From IMG/VR virus record IMGVR_UViG_3300032236_000552, positions 1 through 64,000 of that record: a DNA stretch of 64,000 nt. One strand, given 5' to 3'. Positions 38,904 to 49,422 of this stretch are shown here, in pieces; positions within the stretch are counted from its first letter, which is position 1, and each line of letters starts with the position of its first letter. This stretch comes from a virus. The position numbers were made by a program, and so were the translations under genes. The notes under the pieces are model-generated. The model was not told where the DNA came from, searched no databases, and saw nothing but the letters and a program-made list of their open reading frames with translations.

Positions 38904-39316
38904 AAGGCGGGGACATCTCGAATGTCTCCTCACCACAGGCCATCGTTGTTACAGACGTCATCGTTGGATTAAAGACGATTGAAGAGCGGGTCATTCTCAA
39001 AAAGAAGATTACTCATACCATTGGTGAACTAGACAAACTATCTGCAAACAAGTTGTGGGTTCTTTCCAACAACTACGGACTTTCTTTAGAACTTGCTGGC
39101 TTTGAAGAAGAAGGCTGGACAGAAGAGTTACTAGACAAAGCGTTCAGTAAGTTAGAGCGTCAAGTTGTCAACCCGTTCAACTACTACCAGTTGTACGAGA
39201 ACGTGGACGAGTTGGTAGGAGCACTGCCATATCGTGCTAATCTTAAGGCAGTAATAGATGTCCCAGGCCGAGTTGCCAGGTATGGGTCAGCGGGTGTAGA
39301 ACTAGGCAATATCTAG
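38900..39316 (+). CDS. Hypothetical protein (possibly degenerate HAD fold)
   Basis: MKGGDISN N-terminus; ATGA-coupled; no intact DxD motif. Confidence 0.45.
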   Translation: MKGGDISNVSSPQAIVVTDVIVGLKTIEERVILKKKITHTIGELDKLSANKLWVLSNNYGLSLELAGFEEEGWTEELLDKAFSKLERQVVNPFNYYQLYENVDELVGALPYRANLKAVIDVPGRVARYGSAGVELGNI

Positions 39317-39333
39317 TCCTTGAGGGAGGGCGT

Positions 39334-39450
39334 ATGTTTTCAGTAGCAAATACCAATTGTCCGATGTGCCATGCTCACACGGTTGAAAGAATTTATGTAA
39401 ATGGCAATTCGTATTTACAATGTCAGGCATGTGGAGAGCGGTGGAAATAA
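39334..39450 (+). CDS. Zn-ribbon microprotein (38 aa)
   Basis: SD ggagg; CPMC...CQACGERWK; stop abuts the dnaB start. Confidence 0.6.
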   Translation: MFSVANTNCPMCHAHTVERIYVNGNSYLQCQACGERWK

Positions 39451-40698
39451 ATGGCAGCAGATAACGAGCATCGTTTACTTAGCAAGATAATCAAGGACAG
39501 AGAATTAACTCCTGCCCTACAACGTGGTATCACCGATGCTTGGTTTCTGGATGATGACAATAAGCGTGTATGGAACTTTGTTCGCAATCATTACAGCGAG
39601 TACAGCGAAGTACCTACTGCCGTAACTGTTCTTGACCACTATCCCAATTACAAAGTCCTTAATGTAGAAGACAACATCGATTACTTGCTCGACACGATGG
39701 TGGACTTCCGCCGTCGCTTGCTTACTCGTCAGGGTTTAGAGGCTGCGGTTGAGCAACTACAACTCAACGAACATGAGTCAGCGCTTCTTGCTATGGAAGC
39801 GACCATCACCAAAGTTAACTCGCAAGGAGTTCTTGGTACTCATGAGATTGACCTCACAAAGAACACCGAGGAGCGCTACAAGGATTACCAATCAGTTCAG
39901 AACGAAGAGTTCTTAGGTATTCCTACAGGATTCAAAGACATTGACGAAGCAACTGCAGGACTGCAAGGCGGGCAGTTAGTTACCATCATTGCACCACCTA
40001 AGACTGGTAAGTCACAGGTAGCGTTGCAGGTAGCAATCAACACGCACCTGTTGGGCAAGACGCCTATGTTCCAATCATTCGAAATGAACAACCACGAACA
40101 GCAGCAGCGTCACGACGCTATGCGTGCACACATTGACCACGGACGTTTGCGTCGTGGAAAGTTATTACCAGAAGAAGAAAACCGTTACATAGATATGCTG
40201 AACAAGATGGAGACAGAACACCCATTCCACCTTGTTGATGCCGTTAACGGAATCACGGTCTCTGCACTAGCAGCCAAGATTGAGCAGTTAAAGCCAGACA
40301 TTGTTTTTGTAGACGGTGTGTACCTGATGATGGATGAACTATCTGGCGAGATGAATACACCAGCAGCGATTACCAACATCACTCGTGCACTCAAGCGGTT
40401 AGCCCAGCGCATTGACTTGCCTATCGTCATTACCACTCAGACGCTTTTGTGGAAGATGCGAGCAGGTAAGGTCACAGCAGACTCCATCGGTTACTCATCT
40501 TCGTTCTTCCAAGACTCGGACGTTATCTTGGGTCTAGAGCCTGTAGAAGAAGACGACACGGTTCGTTTGCTCAAGGTTGTTGCCTCCCGTAACTGCCCAC
40601 CTAAAGAGACTTCTCTGACATGGCGTTGGGAGACAGGTTGCTTCCACGATGAAGCAGAGATGATGAAGTGCCCTTACTGCTCTAACTGGGGACACTAA
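39451..40698 (+). CDS. dnaB: DnaB-like replicative helicase
   Basis: GIPTGF, Walker A APPKTGKS, SFEM, VFVDGVYLM, QDSDVIL. Confidence 0.92.
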   Translation: MAADNEHRLLSKIIKDRELTPALQRGITDAWFLDDDNKRVWNFVRNHYSEYSEVPTAVTVLDHYPNYKVLNVEDNIDYLLDTMVDFRRRLLTRQGLEAAVEQLQLNEHESALLAMEATITKVNSQGVLGTHEIDLTKNTEERYKDYQSVQNEEFLGIPTGFKDIDEATAGLQGGQLVTIIAPPKTGKSQVALQVAINTHLLGKTPMFQSFEMNNHEQQQRHDAMRAHIDHGRLRRGKLLPEEENRYIDMLNKMETEHPFHLVDAVNGITVSALAAKIEQLKPDIVFVDGVYLMMDELSGEMNTPAAITNITRALKRLAQRIDLPIVITTQTLLWKMRAGKVTADSIGYSSSFFQDSDVILGLEPVEEDDTVRLLKVVASRNCPPKETSLTWRWETGCFHDEAEMMKCPYCSNWGH

Positions 40699-41639
40699 TG
40701 GTTGATGTAGAGAAGGTTCTTCTTAACCTTGACATACCTCTCGTTGCCCAGCGAGGCGAAGAGGTTCAGGGTCTATGCCCTATGCACAAAAAGCGCACGG
40801 GTAAAGAAGACCACAATCCATCTTGGTGGATTAACTCTGTAACTGGAGCACACATTTGTTTCTCGTGTGGATACAAGGGAAACATATTTACGTTAGTCGC
40901 TGACCTGAAGGGCATTGATTACTTTGACGCTAAAGATTACGTCAATTCCAGTGCCGAACTAGATGTAGACGTACTGTTAAGGCGTATCAGAGAGTTGCCA
41001 CAGTACGTCTCTACTACCGAAGAACCGCTCGCAATGTCAGAAGCACGGTTAGCCGTGTTCACAGACCCACCAGAAATCGAACTAAAGAAAAGGTTCATCA
41101 ATGTCGAATCAGCAAAGCACCACGGAATTCTCTGGGACAATAACAATAGTGCATGGATACTCCCTATCCGTGACCCGAACGATTACTCTCTATGGGGATG
41201 GCAAGAAAAAGGAGCACGTGGTCGTTTCTTCAGAAACCAACCACAAGGTGTCAAAAAATCCAGAACCGTCTTTGGTGTAGAAGTTATGAGTACGGAGACG
41301 CTGGTTGTTGTTGAGTCTCCACTTGATGTACCACGACTTGCTTCTGCTGGAGTAGAGGGTGCTATCTCCACATACGGCGCACTGGTTAGTGAAGAGCAAG
41401 CAAAGATTATGCGCCGTGCAAAGAAGGTTATTGCAGCATTCGATAAAGATGATGCGGGGCGCCATGCCAACGAACTTATGCGTGGGTTTGCCAGGAAGTA
41501 CGGCATTGAGTTGTCCTTCTTTAACTACACGGACATAGATGTTAAAGACCCAGGTGATATGACTGCTGCAGAGATTGCTCGTGGCATAGAGACTGCTCGT
41601 GACATGATTTACGGTAAAGCCGCATACACATGGTCTTAG
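40698..41639 (+). CDS. dnaG: DNA primase (Zn-finger + TOPRIM)
   Basis: CPMH...CFSCG zinc finger; VVVESPLD; FDKDDAG; KDPGD. Confidence 0.9.
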   Translation: MVDVEKVLLNLDIPLVAQRGEEVQGLCPMHKKRTGKEDHNPSWWINSVTGAHICFSCGYKGNIFTLVADLKGIDYFDAKDYVNSSAELDVDVLLRRIRELPQYVSTTEEPLAMSEARLAVFTDPPEIELKKRFINVESAKHHGILWDNNNSAWILPIRDPNDYSLWGWQEKGARGRFFRNQPQGVKKSRTVFGVEVMSTETLVVVESPLDVPRLASAGVEGAISTYGALVSEEQAKIMRRAKKVIAAFDKDDAGRHANELMRGFARKYGIELSFFNYTDIDVKDPGDMTAAEIARGIETARDMIYGKAAYTWS

Positions 41640-41818
41640 ATGCTCGTGGTGTTCCCACCCATGCCTGCCCTAACTGTGGTCATTTAATATTCAAGATAAA
41701 AGCCATGTTCTCTAACTACGATATCGCCATGTGGTTTACTGACGCAGAATGCGATGACTGTGGGACTTTGCTGACTGCACCCACACCAGTAGATGGGCCA
41801 GAGTTCAATGGCATTTAA
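41630..41818 (+). CDS. Zn-ribbon protein
   Basis: CPNCG...CDDCG. Confidence 0.65.
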   Translation: MVLDARGVPTHACPNCGHLIFKIKAMFSNYDIAMWFTDAECDDCGTLLTAPTPVDGPEFNGI

Positions 41819-43421
41819 GGGAACACTCAAGCCTTATCAGCCAGAGGCAGTAGACCGTATGGTTGAACGCAAAGCCATGCTTGTTGCTTATGAGATGGGC
41901 TTAGGCAAAACCTGTATGACCATCGCAGCCTTAGAGACTCTACGAGAGAACAAAGAGTTAGATGGACCAGTATTAGTCATTGCACTTTCTAGCCTGAAGT
42001 ACCAGTGGGAAGCAGAGATAAAGAAGTTCAGTGACTCCACCACAACGGTTGTAGATGGTTCTCGTTCCAAGAGACTTGAGCAGTGGCAGATAGAAACTGA
42101 TTACACAATCTGTAATTACGAGTCTGTTGTAAACGACTGGGAGTTCTTTGTTAACTCCCGCAACTGGGGCGCCATCGTATGCGACGAGGCTACTGCCATT
42201 AAGAGTTTTCGTTCTAAGCGTTCTAAGAAAGTAAAGGAACTTGCTAGGAGTATCCCGATTAGATTTGCACTGACAGGAACACCGATTGAAAATGGTCGTC
42301 CTGAAGAGGTGTACAGCATTATGCAGTTTGTCGATTCAAAGGTCCTTGGACGCTTTGATTTATTTGACCAAACCTTTATTGTACGTAACCACTTTGGTGG
42401 AGTTCAGCGTTACAGAAACTTGCCGATGTTCCACACAAAGATGAAAGAGTCGTCGGTACGCAAGACTCAAAAAGACCCAGACGTGGCACCCTACTTGCCA
42501 GAGACTATCCACCTAGAACCTTTGAAGATTAAGTTTGACCGCAAGGCTAGTGACCTTTACTGGAAGATTGCCTCAGACTTACAGCAAGAACTATTAGAGG
42601 CGCAAGAACTATTGGGTTCTTCCTTTTCTCTTGAAGCGCACTATGGACAAGCACACCAAGCAGGAAGTCCTGCAGACATGATGCGTGGGTCAATTATGTC
42701 CAAGATAACTTCTTTAAGGATGTTGTGTGATTCCCCGATGTTATTAGTTGAAAGTTCAAATAAGTTTCATAATGGCTGGCAAGACGTAGACGGAGAGCAA
42801 GTCAACTTTGAAGGCTCTCGTGGTGGCAGTGCTTATGTGGCTGGCTTACGTGATGCGGGTCACCTTGATGGGATTACCAAGTCGCCAAAGTTGGAAGCCG
42901 TTATCGACTTTGTGGTTCAACACCTAGAGGTTGAGGAGACCCACAAGGTGGTTATCTTTACTTGCTACCTGGGTATGTTGCCATTAATCCAGGAAGCACT
43001 TAGTCAAAAGAAGATTGAGTCACGAACATATTCGGGCCTTATGGACGCAAAGTCTAAAGAAGAAGCCAAGGTTGAGTTCCAAACGTCTTTAGATGTACGG
43101 GTACTTATCTCCACTGATGCAGGCGGCTATGGCGTCGATTTGCCCCAAGCCAATCTTTTGGTAAACTATGACTTGCCGTGGTCATCAGGCACAGCAGTTC
43201 AAAGAAACTCTCGAATTCGTCGGGCTTCCAGTACATGGAAAAGCGTTGTAATTCAAGACTTCTTGGTAGAGAAATCTATCGAAGAACGTCAGTACGAGAT
43301 GCTACAACAGAAGAACGCTGTGGCTGATGCCGTGATGGACGGCACTGGCATTAACACCAAGGGCGGTGTTGACCTAACAGTAGGTAGTTTGCTAGGCTTT
43401 ATACAGAACACAAGGGGGTAG
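41808..43421 (+). CDS. SNF2-family helicase
   Basis: LKPYQ, EMGLGKT, DEAT, LTGTPIEN, GVDL, QRNSRIRR. Confidence 0.9.
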   Translation: MAFKGTLKPYQPEAVDRMVERKAMLVAYEMGLGKTCMTIAALETLRENKELDGPVLVIALSSLKYQWEAEIKKFSDSTTTVVDGSRSKRLEQWQIETDYTICNYESVVNDWEFFVNSRNWGAIVCDEATAIKSFRSKRSKKVKELARSIPIRFALTGTPIENGRPEEVYSIMQFVDSKVLGRFDLFDQTFIVRNHFGGVQRYRNLPMFHTKMKESSVRKTQKDPDVAPYLPETIHLEPLKIKFDRKASDLYWKIASDLQQELLEAQELLGSSFSLEAHYGQAHQAGSPADMMRGSIMSKITSLRMLCDSPMLLVESSNKFHNGWQDVDGEQVNFEGSRGGSAYVAGLRDAGHLDGITKSPKLEAVIDFVVQHLEVEETHKVVIFTCYLGMLPLIQEALSQKKIESRTYSGLMDAKSKEEAKVEFQTSLDVRVLISTDAGGYGVDLPQANLLVNYDLPWSSGTAVQRNSRIRRASSTWKSVVIQDFLVEKSIEERQYEMLQQKNAVADAVMDGTGINTKGGVDLTVGSLLGFIQNTRG

Positions 43422-43424
43422 GGA

Positions 43425-43865
43425 ATGGCACGAGTAGCCAATACAGAAATCCGCAATGGTGATGAGAATGACCTCATCAATCAAGCAAAGCAATATTCAT
43501 TTATCAAATCGCAATTAGATTATCTAGAGAAGCAACAGAAAGAACTTCGTGCAAAGTTGTTTGAAGTTCTTGATGAAAGCGGAGAACTAGATGACAAGGG
43601 CAATGTCATTGTAGAACTGCCACAAGAAGTTGATGGTTATGTTTCTATTGTTAAGCAACGTCGTGTATCTCGTAAGATTGATGAGACTGTTGCTGCAGAT
43701 GTTATTGCTGAACATGGACTTGAAGATTCTCTTTACAAAACAATCAAGGTCATTGATGAAGATGCGTTGATGGCTGCTTTGTACGAAGATGTTTTGACTG
43801 AAGAAGAAATCGATAAGATGTACCCACAAACAATTACGTGGGCACTAATTTTGAGTAAGAAGTAA
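43425..43865 (+). CDS. Hypothetical protein (coiled coil, Gam/Gp157-like)
   Basis: N-terminal coiled coil; K.IDE repeats; located in the replication module. Confidence 0.45.
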   Translation: MARVANTEIRNGDENDLINQAKQYSFIKSQLDYLEKQQKELRAKLFEVLDESGELDDKGNVIVELPQEVDGYVSIVKQRRVSRKIDETVAADVIAEHGLEDSLYKTIKVIDEDALMAALYEDVLTEEEIDKMYPQTITWALILSKK

Positions 43866-43866
43866 T

Positions 43867-44343
43867 ATGGCTGGTCTACGTAGCGACGATGAAATCGAGA
43901 AATCATTTGCTGACCTCGAATACATCCCTGGCTCTAAGAAGAAGCGTCGTGAGGCAGACCCAAAGGTTTCCCGTCGTAAGGCGGGAGAAAGCAATGGTTG
44001 GGATGAAAAGCCAATCATTAAAACATTAGGTGGAAAAGAAACAGAAGTCTTTACAATCGGTGCATTAGCACACGCATTGGAAAAGTCGATTGTCTCTGTT
44101 CGCCTATGGGAGCGCAAGGGGTACATACCTCGTGCACCTTATCGACTTCGGGCTAAGACCGTAAAAGGTCAGAAGACTGGAGGAAATCGGGTGTACACCA
44201 GAGCGCTCATTGAGTCCGCTGTTGATGAATTCAACAGACGTGGCTTACTCGGTTCTGCTCGTGTAGAGTGGAACCAACACGAAGACCTTACAGAGGCTTT
44301 AGTAAAGCGCTGGAAGGACATCACATCCACCGAGAGCCAATAG
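43867..44343 (+). CDS. MerR-like HTH DNA-binding protein
   Basis: FTIGALAHALEKSIVSVRLWERKGYIP...RVYT. Confidence 0.8.
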   Translation: MAGLRSDDEIEKSFADLEYIPGSKKKRREADPKVSRRKAGESNGWDEKPIIKTLGGKETEVFTIGALAHALEKSIVSVRLWERKGYIPRAPYRLRAKTVKGQKTGGNRVYTRALIESAVDEFNRRGLLGSARVEWNQHEDLTEALVKRWKDITSTESQ

Positions 44344-44365
44344 GCCTCATTACCGAAAGAAACAC

Positions 44366-45016
44366 ATGCCAATTACAAAACCGTCAGTTGATGCTGACAC
44401 ATATCTCACTGAAGACAGTGAGAACATCCAGCCAAAGGTTGGAACAACAGTGCAAGAAGGCTGGGATGCAGCCGAGTCACTTCTCAAGGTAGAAACATCA
44501 GAGTTCCCAACGGATTTCCGTTTCTCTGATGAACCACAACTTGTGAAGTTTTTGCAGGACCGTCCATTCGCAACATACGAGCAACATTGGATTGAACGCC
44601 CAAAGGGTAAGAAGTCCTTCGTTTGCATTGGCGATACCTGCCCACTTTGCGATGTCCTTGGCGATAAGCCTCGTGGCAAGTTCGCATTCAACGTACTCGT
44701 ACTTTCTGGTGACAACCAGGGTGTACAGGTACTCACAGCCCCTCCTTCACTCGCACGTCAAATCAAGAAGGCTCACGATGATGAGCGCAAGGGACCTCTT
44801 GATAAAGAGTTCTGGGAGATTTCTCGACTAGGCACAGGCCCAACAACGCAGTACACCCTCAACTTCGTTCGTGGTCGTGACCTTGCCGAGGAGTGGAAGT
44901 TGTCGCAAGACGACGTCAACGAACTCGTAGCGAATGCTGTTCCCTTCACAGCAGATGAAGTAGTACGTGAGACCCCTCGCTCCGAACTATTAGAAATCGC
45001 TCGTTCGATAGCGTAA
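44366..45016 (+). CDS. Single-stranded DNA-binding protein (gp32-like, Zn-binding)
   Basis: VKFL, QHW, CIGDTCPLC, FNV and SRLGTGPTTQY motifs; immediately before the polymerase. Confidence 0.7.
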   Translation: MPITKPSVDADTYLTEDSENIQPKVGTTVQEGWDAAESLLKVETSEFPTDFRFSDEPQLVKFLQDRPFATYEQHWIERPKGKKSFVCIGDTCPLCDVLGDKPRGKFAFNVLVLSGDNQGVQVLTAPPSLARQIKKAHDDERKGPLDKEFWEISRLGTGPTTQYTLNFVRGRDLAEEWKLSQDDVNELVANAVPFTADEVVRETPRSELLEIARSIA

Positions 45017-45027
45017 GTACTTCCACA

Positions 45028-45066
45028 GTAGGAGAGGCCTGTTTTCCGTTTCCAGGCCTCTCTTAC
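45028..45066 (+). terminator. Stem-loop after the SSB gene
   Basis: 14-bp stem gtaggagaggcctg / caggcctctcttac with an 11-nt pyrimidine-rich loop. Confidence 0.6.
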
Positions 45067-45085
45067 ACAACCAGAGGGGTTATAC

Positions 45086-47083
45086 ATGAACATCATTACA
45101 ACTAAGAAACAGTTAGACGACCTTGTTGAGTTTTACTCCAAGGTAGATGGATTCGCATTCGACGTCGAAACAGTTGGTGAGAACCGCATCCAACCTGTAG
45201 TCAACGACGTACTATGGATATCACTAGCGACAGATGGTCGCACCGATGTTATTCCCATGGGTCATCCCAACGGTGACTTCCTGCATTGGGATAAAGAACT
45301 TCTCCTTAGTGGTCAACGTAAGGCCGCAGCAGGTAAGCCACTAACAGATGCTGACTACTCCAAGAACCAAGCCAAGTGGAAACCAGTCTTTGATACACCA
45401 CCAGCACAGTTACTTCCTGGAGATGTATTCAAAGCATTAAAGCCATTGTTCTTTAGCGACAAGTTAAAGGTTGGTCACAACGTTAAGTTCGACCTCAAGT
45501 CAATTGCCAAGTATTACCGTGGCGTTGTTCCTAACAAGCCTTACTTTGACACCATGATGGCTGCGTTCGTTATTGACAACCGCAGTCGTGGCAAACTTGG
45601 ACTCAAGGATTGTGCAGAACGATTCCTTCAGATAAAGGTTGAAAAGGGTATTGGAGCAATGGTTGAGGTTCACTCCTTCAGCGATGTTGCACACTACTCA
45701 GGCTTCGACTCAGAAGTAACGTGGAAGTTGTACAAAGCATTAGAGCCTAAGTTGCAGGGAAGCCTAAAGCAGGTGTGGGCATTGGAGATGGATGTCATTG
45801 CTGCACTCTGTGACATGGAGTTAGCAGGAGCAAACATCGATGTTGAGGAACTAAAGAAGTTAAAGAAGCGCCTTGAGATAGACATTGATGAGACTAAGGC
45901 TCGTGCATGGAAGTTGGCTGGTAAAGCCTTCCCCATGAACTCAGTGCCAGAAAAGCAAAAGATTTTGTTCTCACCAAAAGAAGAAGGCGGTCGTGGCATT
46001 AAGCCAAACCTCAAGATTAAGATTGCCCTTACTGGAAAAGGACAAGACACCGCTGCAGCAAACCAGCCGTTAAGCATAAGCCATTACTCTGTATCATCAG
46101 ATGCGTTGGAGTTCTACCGTTCTAAAGACGAGTTGGTAGATGCCATCCTTGATTACCAAGACTTAAACAAGTTGATGACTACCTATGTAATGCCTTATTT
46201 GGGTGGCGAGATTACTCGTACCACTATGGGCAAAGAGCGCATTGTAGAGAAGAAGAGCCTAATGATTAACGGGCGTGTACATACAAACTTCAAATCACAC
46301 GGCGCCGAAACAGGACGTTTCTCCAGTAGTGACCCAAACCTACAGAACATTCCTAGTAGTGGACAGTACGGTAAGTTGATTCGTAACCTGTTCGTTGCAC
46401 CTCCAGGATACAAACTGGTAGTTGCTGACTACTCACAGATTGAGCCACGAGTTATCGCAGCCCTATCAGGTGACCCCATCATGGTGGATAACTACCTAAC
46501 TGGTGGCGATATCTACACCACCATCGGTAACACGATGGGCGTAGACCGTAAGGCAGGTAAGGTTTTAGTTCTGTCGATTGCCTACGGTGTTGGTCCAGAT
46601 AAGATTGCTCAACAAGTGGGCTGTACTCCTACAGAGGCCCGTAAGTTGTTGGACGACTTCACTAAGAAGTTCCATGACATCTCTAAGTACAAGGCTAAGG
46701 TTGTCCGTATGGCAAAGGCTGGCTCACCTCCTTATGTGGAGACCATCTTTGGTCGTAGACGGTACATCCCAGACCTTAAGAGCACCGACAAGGGGTTATT
46801 CGCTAGGGCTGAACGTCAAGCGTTTAACACCGTTATCCAAGGTTCTGCAGCCGATATTATGAAACTCGCCATTGTTAGAGCACACTCCTGCTTTATCGAC
46901 GAGCCAGATGTTAATGTGGTATTGACTGTGCACGATGAACTCGTTACTGTTGCTCGTGAAGATTTAGCAGAAGAAACAGCCGAAGCCATTCGGGATTCTA
47001 TGGAAGGTATCAAACTTCCACAGATTACTGTTCCACTAATAGCCGATGTAAAAATCGTAGACAAATGGGGAGAAGCCAAGTGA
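45086..47083 (+). CDS. polA: DNA polymerase family A (3'-5' exonuclease + polymerase)
   Basis: FDVET, GHNVKFD, TGRFSSSDPNLQNIP, DYSQIEPR, QGSAADIMK, VHDEL. Confidence 0.95.
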   Translation: MNIITTKKQLDDLVEFYSKVDGFAFDVETVGENRIQPVVNDVLWISLATDGRTDVIPMGHPNGDFLHWDKELLLSGQRKAAAGKPLTDADYSKNQAKWKPVFDTPPAQLLPGDVFKALKPLFFSDKLKVGHNVKFDLKSIAKYYRGVVPNKPYFDTMMAAFVIDNRSRGKLGLKDCAERFLQIKVEKGIGAMVEVHSFSDVAHYSGFDSEVTWKLYKALEPKLQGSLKQVWALEMDVIAALCDMELAGANIDVEELKKLKKRLEIDIDETKARAWKLAGKAFPMNSVPEKQKILFSPKEEGGRGIKPNLKIKIALTGKGQDTAAANQPLSISHYSVSSDALEFYRSKDELVDAILDYQDLNKLMTTYVMPYLGGEITRTTMGKERIVEKKSLMINGRVHTNFKSHGAETGRFSSSDPNLQNIPSSGQYGKLIRNLFVAPPGYKLVVADYSQIEPRVIAALSGDPIMVDNYLTGGDIYTTIGNTMGVDRKAGKVLVLSIAYGVGPDKIAQQVGCTPTEARKLLDDFTKKFHDISKYKAKVVRMAKAGSPPYVETIFGRRRYIPDLKSTDKGLFARAERQAFNTVIQGSAADIMKLAIVRAHSCFIDEPDVNVVLTVHDELVTVAREDLAEETAEAIRDSMEGIKLPQITVPLIADVKIVDKWGEAK

Positions 47084-47211
47084 GTAGTTTTCTTTGTAAA
47101 GTATTTGGTCACAAGATGTACAGCATTTCGTGGACACAACAAGACTTCACTATTTTGTGCACTCGTTGTGAGAAGCGTTGGGAAAGCAAGGGTGTGATTA
47201 CACATGAGTAG
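47080..47211 (+). CDS. Small Zn-binding protein (43 aa, DUF1660-like)
   Basis: GTGA-coupled; LCKVFGHK...CTRC. Confidence 0.55.
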   Translation: MSSFLCKVFGHKMYSISWTQQDFTILCTRCEKRWESKGVITHE

Positions 47212-47620
47212 TGCAGACTGGTGGGCTAAACAACTAGGTGCAAAGCCCCAACAACAAGCACCAGCACCTCGTCCAGCAGCAATGCCAATGCCACCATCGC
47301 AGCAACCTATGACTCCGTATCAAGCGCCACAACAACAGGCGCCAACTACAAAAGCGCAAAGCGTTTCTCAGACTCAACCATGCCCTGAGTGTTACGGTAA
47401 CAACTACATGTCTATTGGAAAGATACAGGGACCAAGCGGTCTAGTAGAGACATGGCGTTGTTATGACTGTGGCTACCCCAACATGCAATCAGGTAGTTCT
47501 CATGGAGCATTGACTGGGGCAAAGATTGAAGGCTCTGCAAAGCCAGCCATCGGAAATGATGTGCAAAGTGGATGGAGTCCAATGCCAGCAGGTTACAACC
47601 CTGATGGAACCAAGCAATGA
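47204..47620 (+). CDS. Pro/Gln-rich Zn-ribbon protein
   Basis: WWAKQL N-terminus; CPECYGNNY...RCYDCGYP. Confidence 0.6.
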   Translation: MSSADWWAKQLGAKPQQQAPAPRPAAMPMPPSQQPMTPYQAPQQQAPTTKAQSVSQTQPCPECYGNNYMSIGKIQGPSGLVETWRCYDCGYPNMQSGSSHGALTGAKIEGSAKPAIGNDVQSGWSPMPAGYNPDGTKQ

Positions 47621-48042
47621 TTAAACCTTTTGACCAAACCCTTTATCAAGAAAACGATGATGCAAAGCATCAAGTGATTGAGTGGTTGTCTAAAGAAGGC
47701 TTTGATGCTTTTGTAAACCCCGACCAATACGGCATAGATATCTTGGCTGACAAAGATGGCGACCGTTATGAGGTAGAGGTTGAAGTCAAACATAACTGGG
47801 TAGGAGAACGGTTCCCATTTGGTGAGGTTCACTTTCCAGCCCGTAAAAAGAAGTTTGCTAGGAAGAGTGAGTTTGTTTGGTTCTTTATGTTAAACCACGA
47901 AAGAACCCACGGACTGATAGTAGACGGATTCGATTTTGTAAATGGCACCACAGTACGGAAGAATACGTCAGAGATGGACGGGGATTTCTTTGTGGAGATT
48001 CCGACATTTAATTGCAAGTTTGTAAAGATGGAGAGTGAGTAA
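47617..48042 (+). CDS. PD-(D/E)XK-like nuclease
   Basis: YGIDI...EVEVK...PARKKKF. Confidence 0.65.
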   Translation: MIKPFDQTLYQENDDAKHQVIEWLSKEGFDAFVNPDQYGIDILADKDGDRYEVEVEVKHNWVGERFPFGEVHFPARKKKFARKSEFVWFFMLNHERTHGLIVDGFDFVNGTTVRKNTSEMDGDFFVEIPTFNCKFVKMESE

Positions 48043-49085
48043 TGAATGATGAAGCCCGCAAGGTTATGGCGCAACTTAACAAGCGCTTTGGAGAGAATGT
48101 GGTGGTTATCGCTTCTGATATCCGTGGTGACCTTATTCCTCGCATTACTTCAGGGTCGACTACTTTGGATTATGTGCTGGGTGGTGGGTTTCCTGGTAAT
48201 CAATGGAACGAACTAATCGGAGAACCTTCACACGGTAAGACCGCTCTCGCTCTAAAGACCATCGCAGCAAACCAAGCAAAGAACCCAGAGCACACAACCG
48301 TATGGGTTGCAGCAGAGCAGTGGGTTCCAGAGTATGCAGAGATGTGTGGAGTAGATACTTCACGAGTTATTGTTATTGAAACTTCCATCATGGAAGAGGC
48401 GTACCAAGCAGTCATTCAGTTTGCAGAGTCTAAGTCTGTAGATGCGATTGTTATTGACTCACTACCAGCGTTGTCCCCTGCTCCTGAGATGGAGAAGGAC
48501 ATGAGCGAAATGACTGTTGGTAAGGGAGCGTTGCTCACCAATAAGTTCTTCCGTGTAGTCGGTACCGCAATGAAGCGTTCTCTTGTAGAAGATGAGCGCC
48601 CTGTACTAGGTTTAATCATCAACCAATACCGCATGAAGATTGGCGTCATGCACGGAGACCCACGCACTACTCCTGGCGGTGAAGGTAAGAACTATGCGTT
48701 CTTTACCCGCTGTGAAGTACGTCGTGATGAATGGATTGAAGTTGGCTCAGGAACTAACAAAGTTCGAGTTGGTCAACGAATTAAAGTCCGAACACTGAAG
48801 AACAAGACTGCACCACCACAACGTGTTGCATACTTTGACTTCTACTTTGCTGAAGGCGGAGCCTGTGCTCCTGGTGAGTTTGACTTCGCTAAAGAGGTTG
48901 CCTCACTCGCTGTAGTAATGGGAATTGTCGACCGTAAGGGTGGATGGTTCTATTACGGTGAGCGCAAGTGGCAAGGTATTGATTCAGTCATCGCTAGTAT
49001 CCGTGAAGAAGTTGACCTCAAAGAAGCAATTGAAAAGGCTGTATTTGAGTCAAACGAATTACCGATTAGCGCTGAAGAAGAATAA
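48042..49085 (+). CDS. recA: RecA-like recombinase
   Basis: GEPSHGKT, IVIDS, INQYRMKIG.MHGDP.TTPGG, KNKTAPP. Confidence 0.93.
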   Translation: MNDEARKVMAQLNKRFGENVVVIASDIRGDLIPRITSGSTTLDYVLGGGFPGNQWNELIGEPSHGKTALALKTIAANQAKNPEHTTVWVAAEQWVPEYAEMCGVDTSRVIVIETSIMEEAYQAVIQFAESKSVDAIVIDSLPALSPAPEMEKDMSEMTVGKGALLTNKFFRVVGTAMKRSLVEDERPVLGLIINQYRMKIGVMHGDPRTTPGGEGKNYAFFTRCEVRRDEWIEVGSGTNKVRVGQRIKVRTLKNKTAPPQRVAYFDFYFAEGGACAPGEFDFAKEVASLAVVMGIVDRKGGWFYYGERKWQGIDSVIASIREEVDLKEAIEKAVFESNELPISAEEE

Positions 49086-49101
49086 CCGATAGAGTATTGC
49101 A

Positions 49102-49419
49102 ATGAGAACCGAAGGCCAGAAGCAATCCAGAAAGCATGAGGACCGCCTCGCTAAGAAAGTAGGCGGGTCACGTACTGCGGCCTCTGGAGCATTTTGGTCA
49201 AGAAAAGGCGATGTGCGGTCAGACGACCTTCTGATTGAGCACAAGTTTACTGGTAAGAAACAGACAACTGTAAAGTCTGATGTTCTCAAAAAAATTACGA
49301 GAGAGGCAATCCTTGATGGACGTATGCCCGTACTGGGCGTCCATTTGGACGGGGAGAATTACGTGATTCTCCTTGAAGACGATTTCTTAGAGATGAGGGA
49401 CCGACTAAAGGATGCCTAA
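49102..49419 (+). CDS. Hjc-like Holliday junction resolvase (PD-(D/E)XK)
   Basis: HEDRLAK...SGA...KGDV...LIEHK. Confidence 0.75.
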   Translation: MRTEGQKQSRKHEDRLAKKVGGSRTAASGAFWSRKGDVRSDDLLIEHKFTGKKQTTVKSDVLKKITREAILDGRMPVLGVHLDGENYVILLEDDFLEMRDRLKDA

Positions 49420-49422
49420 CAC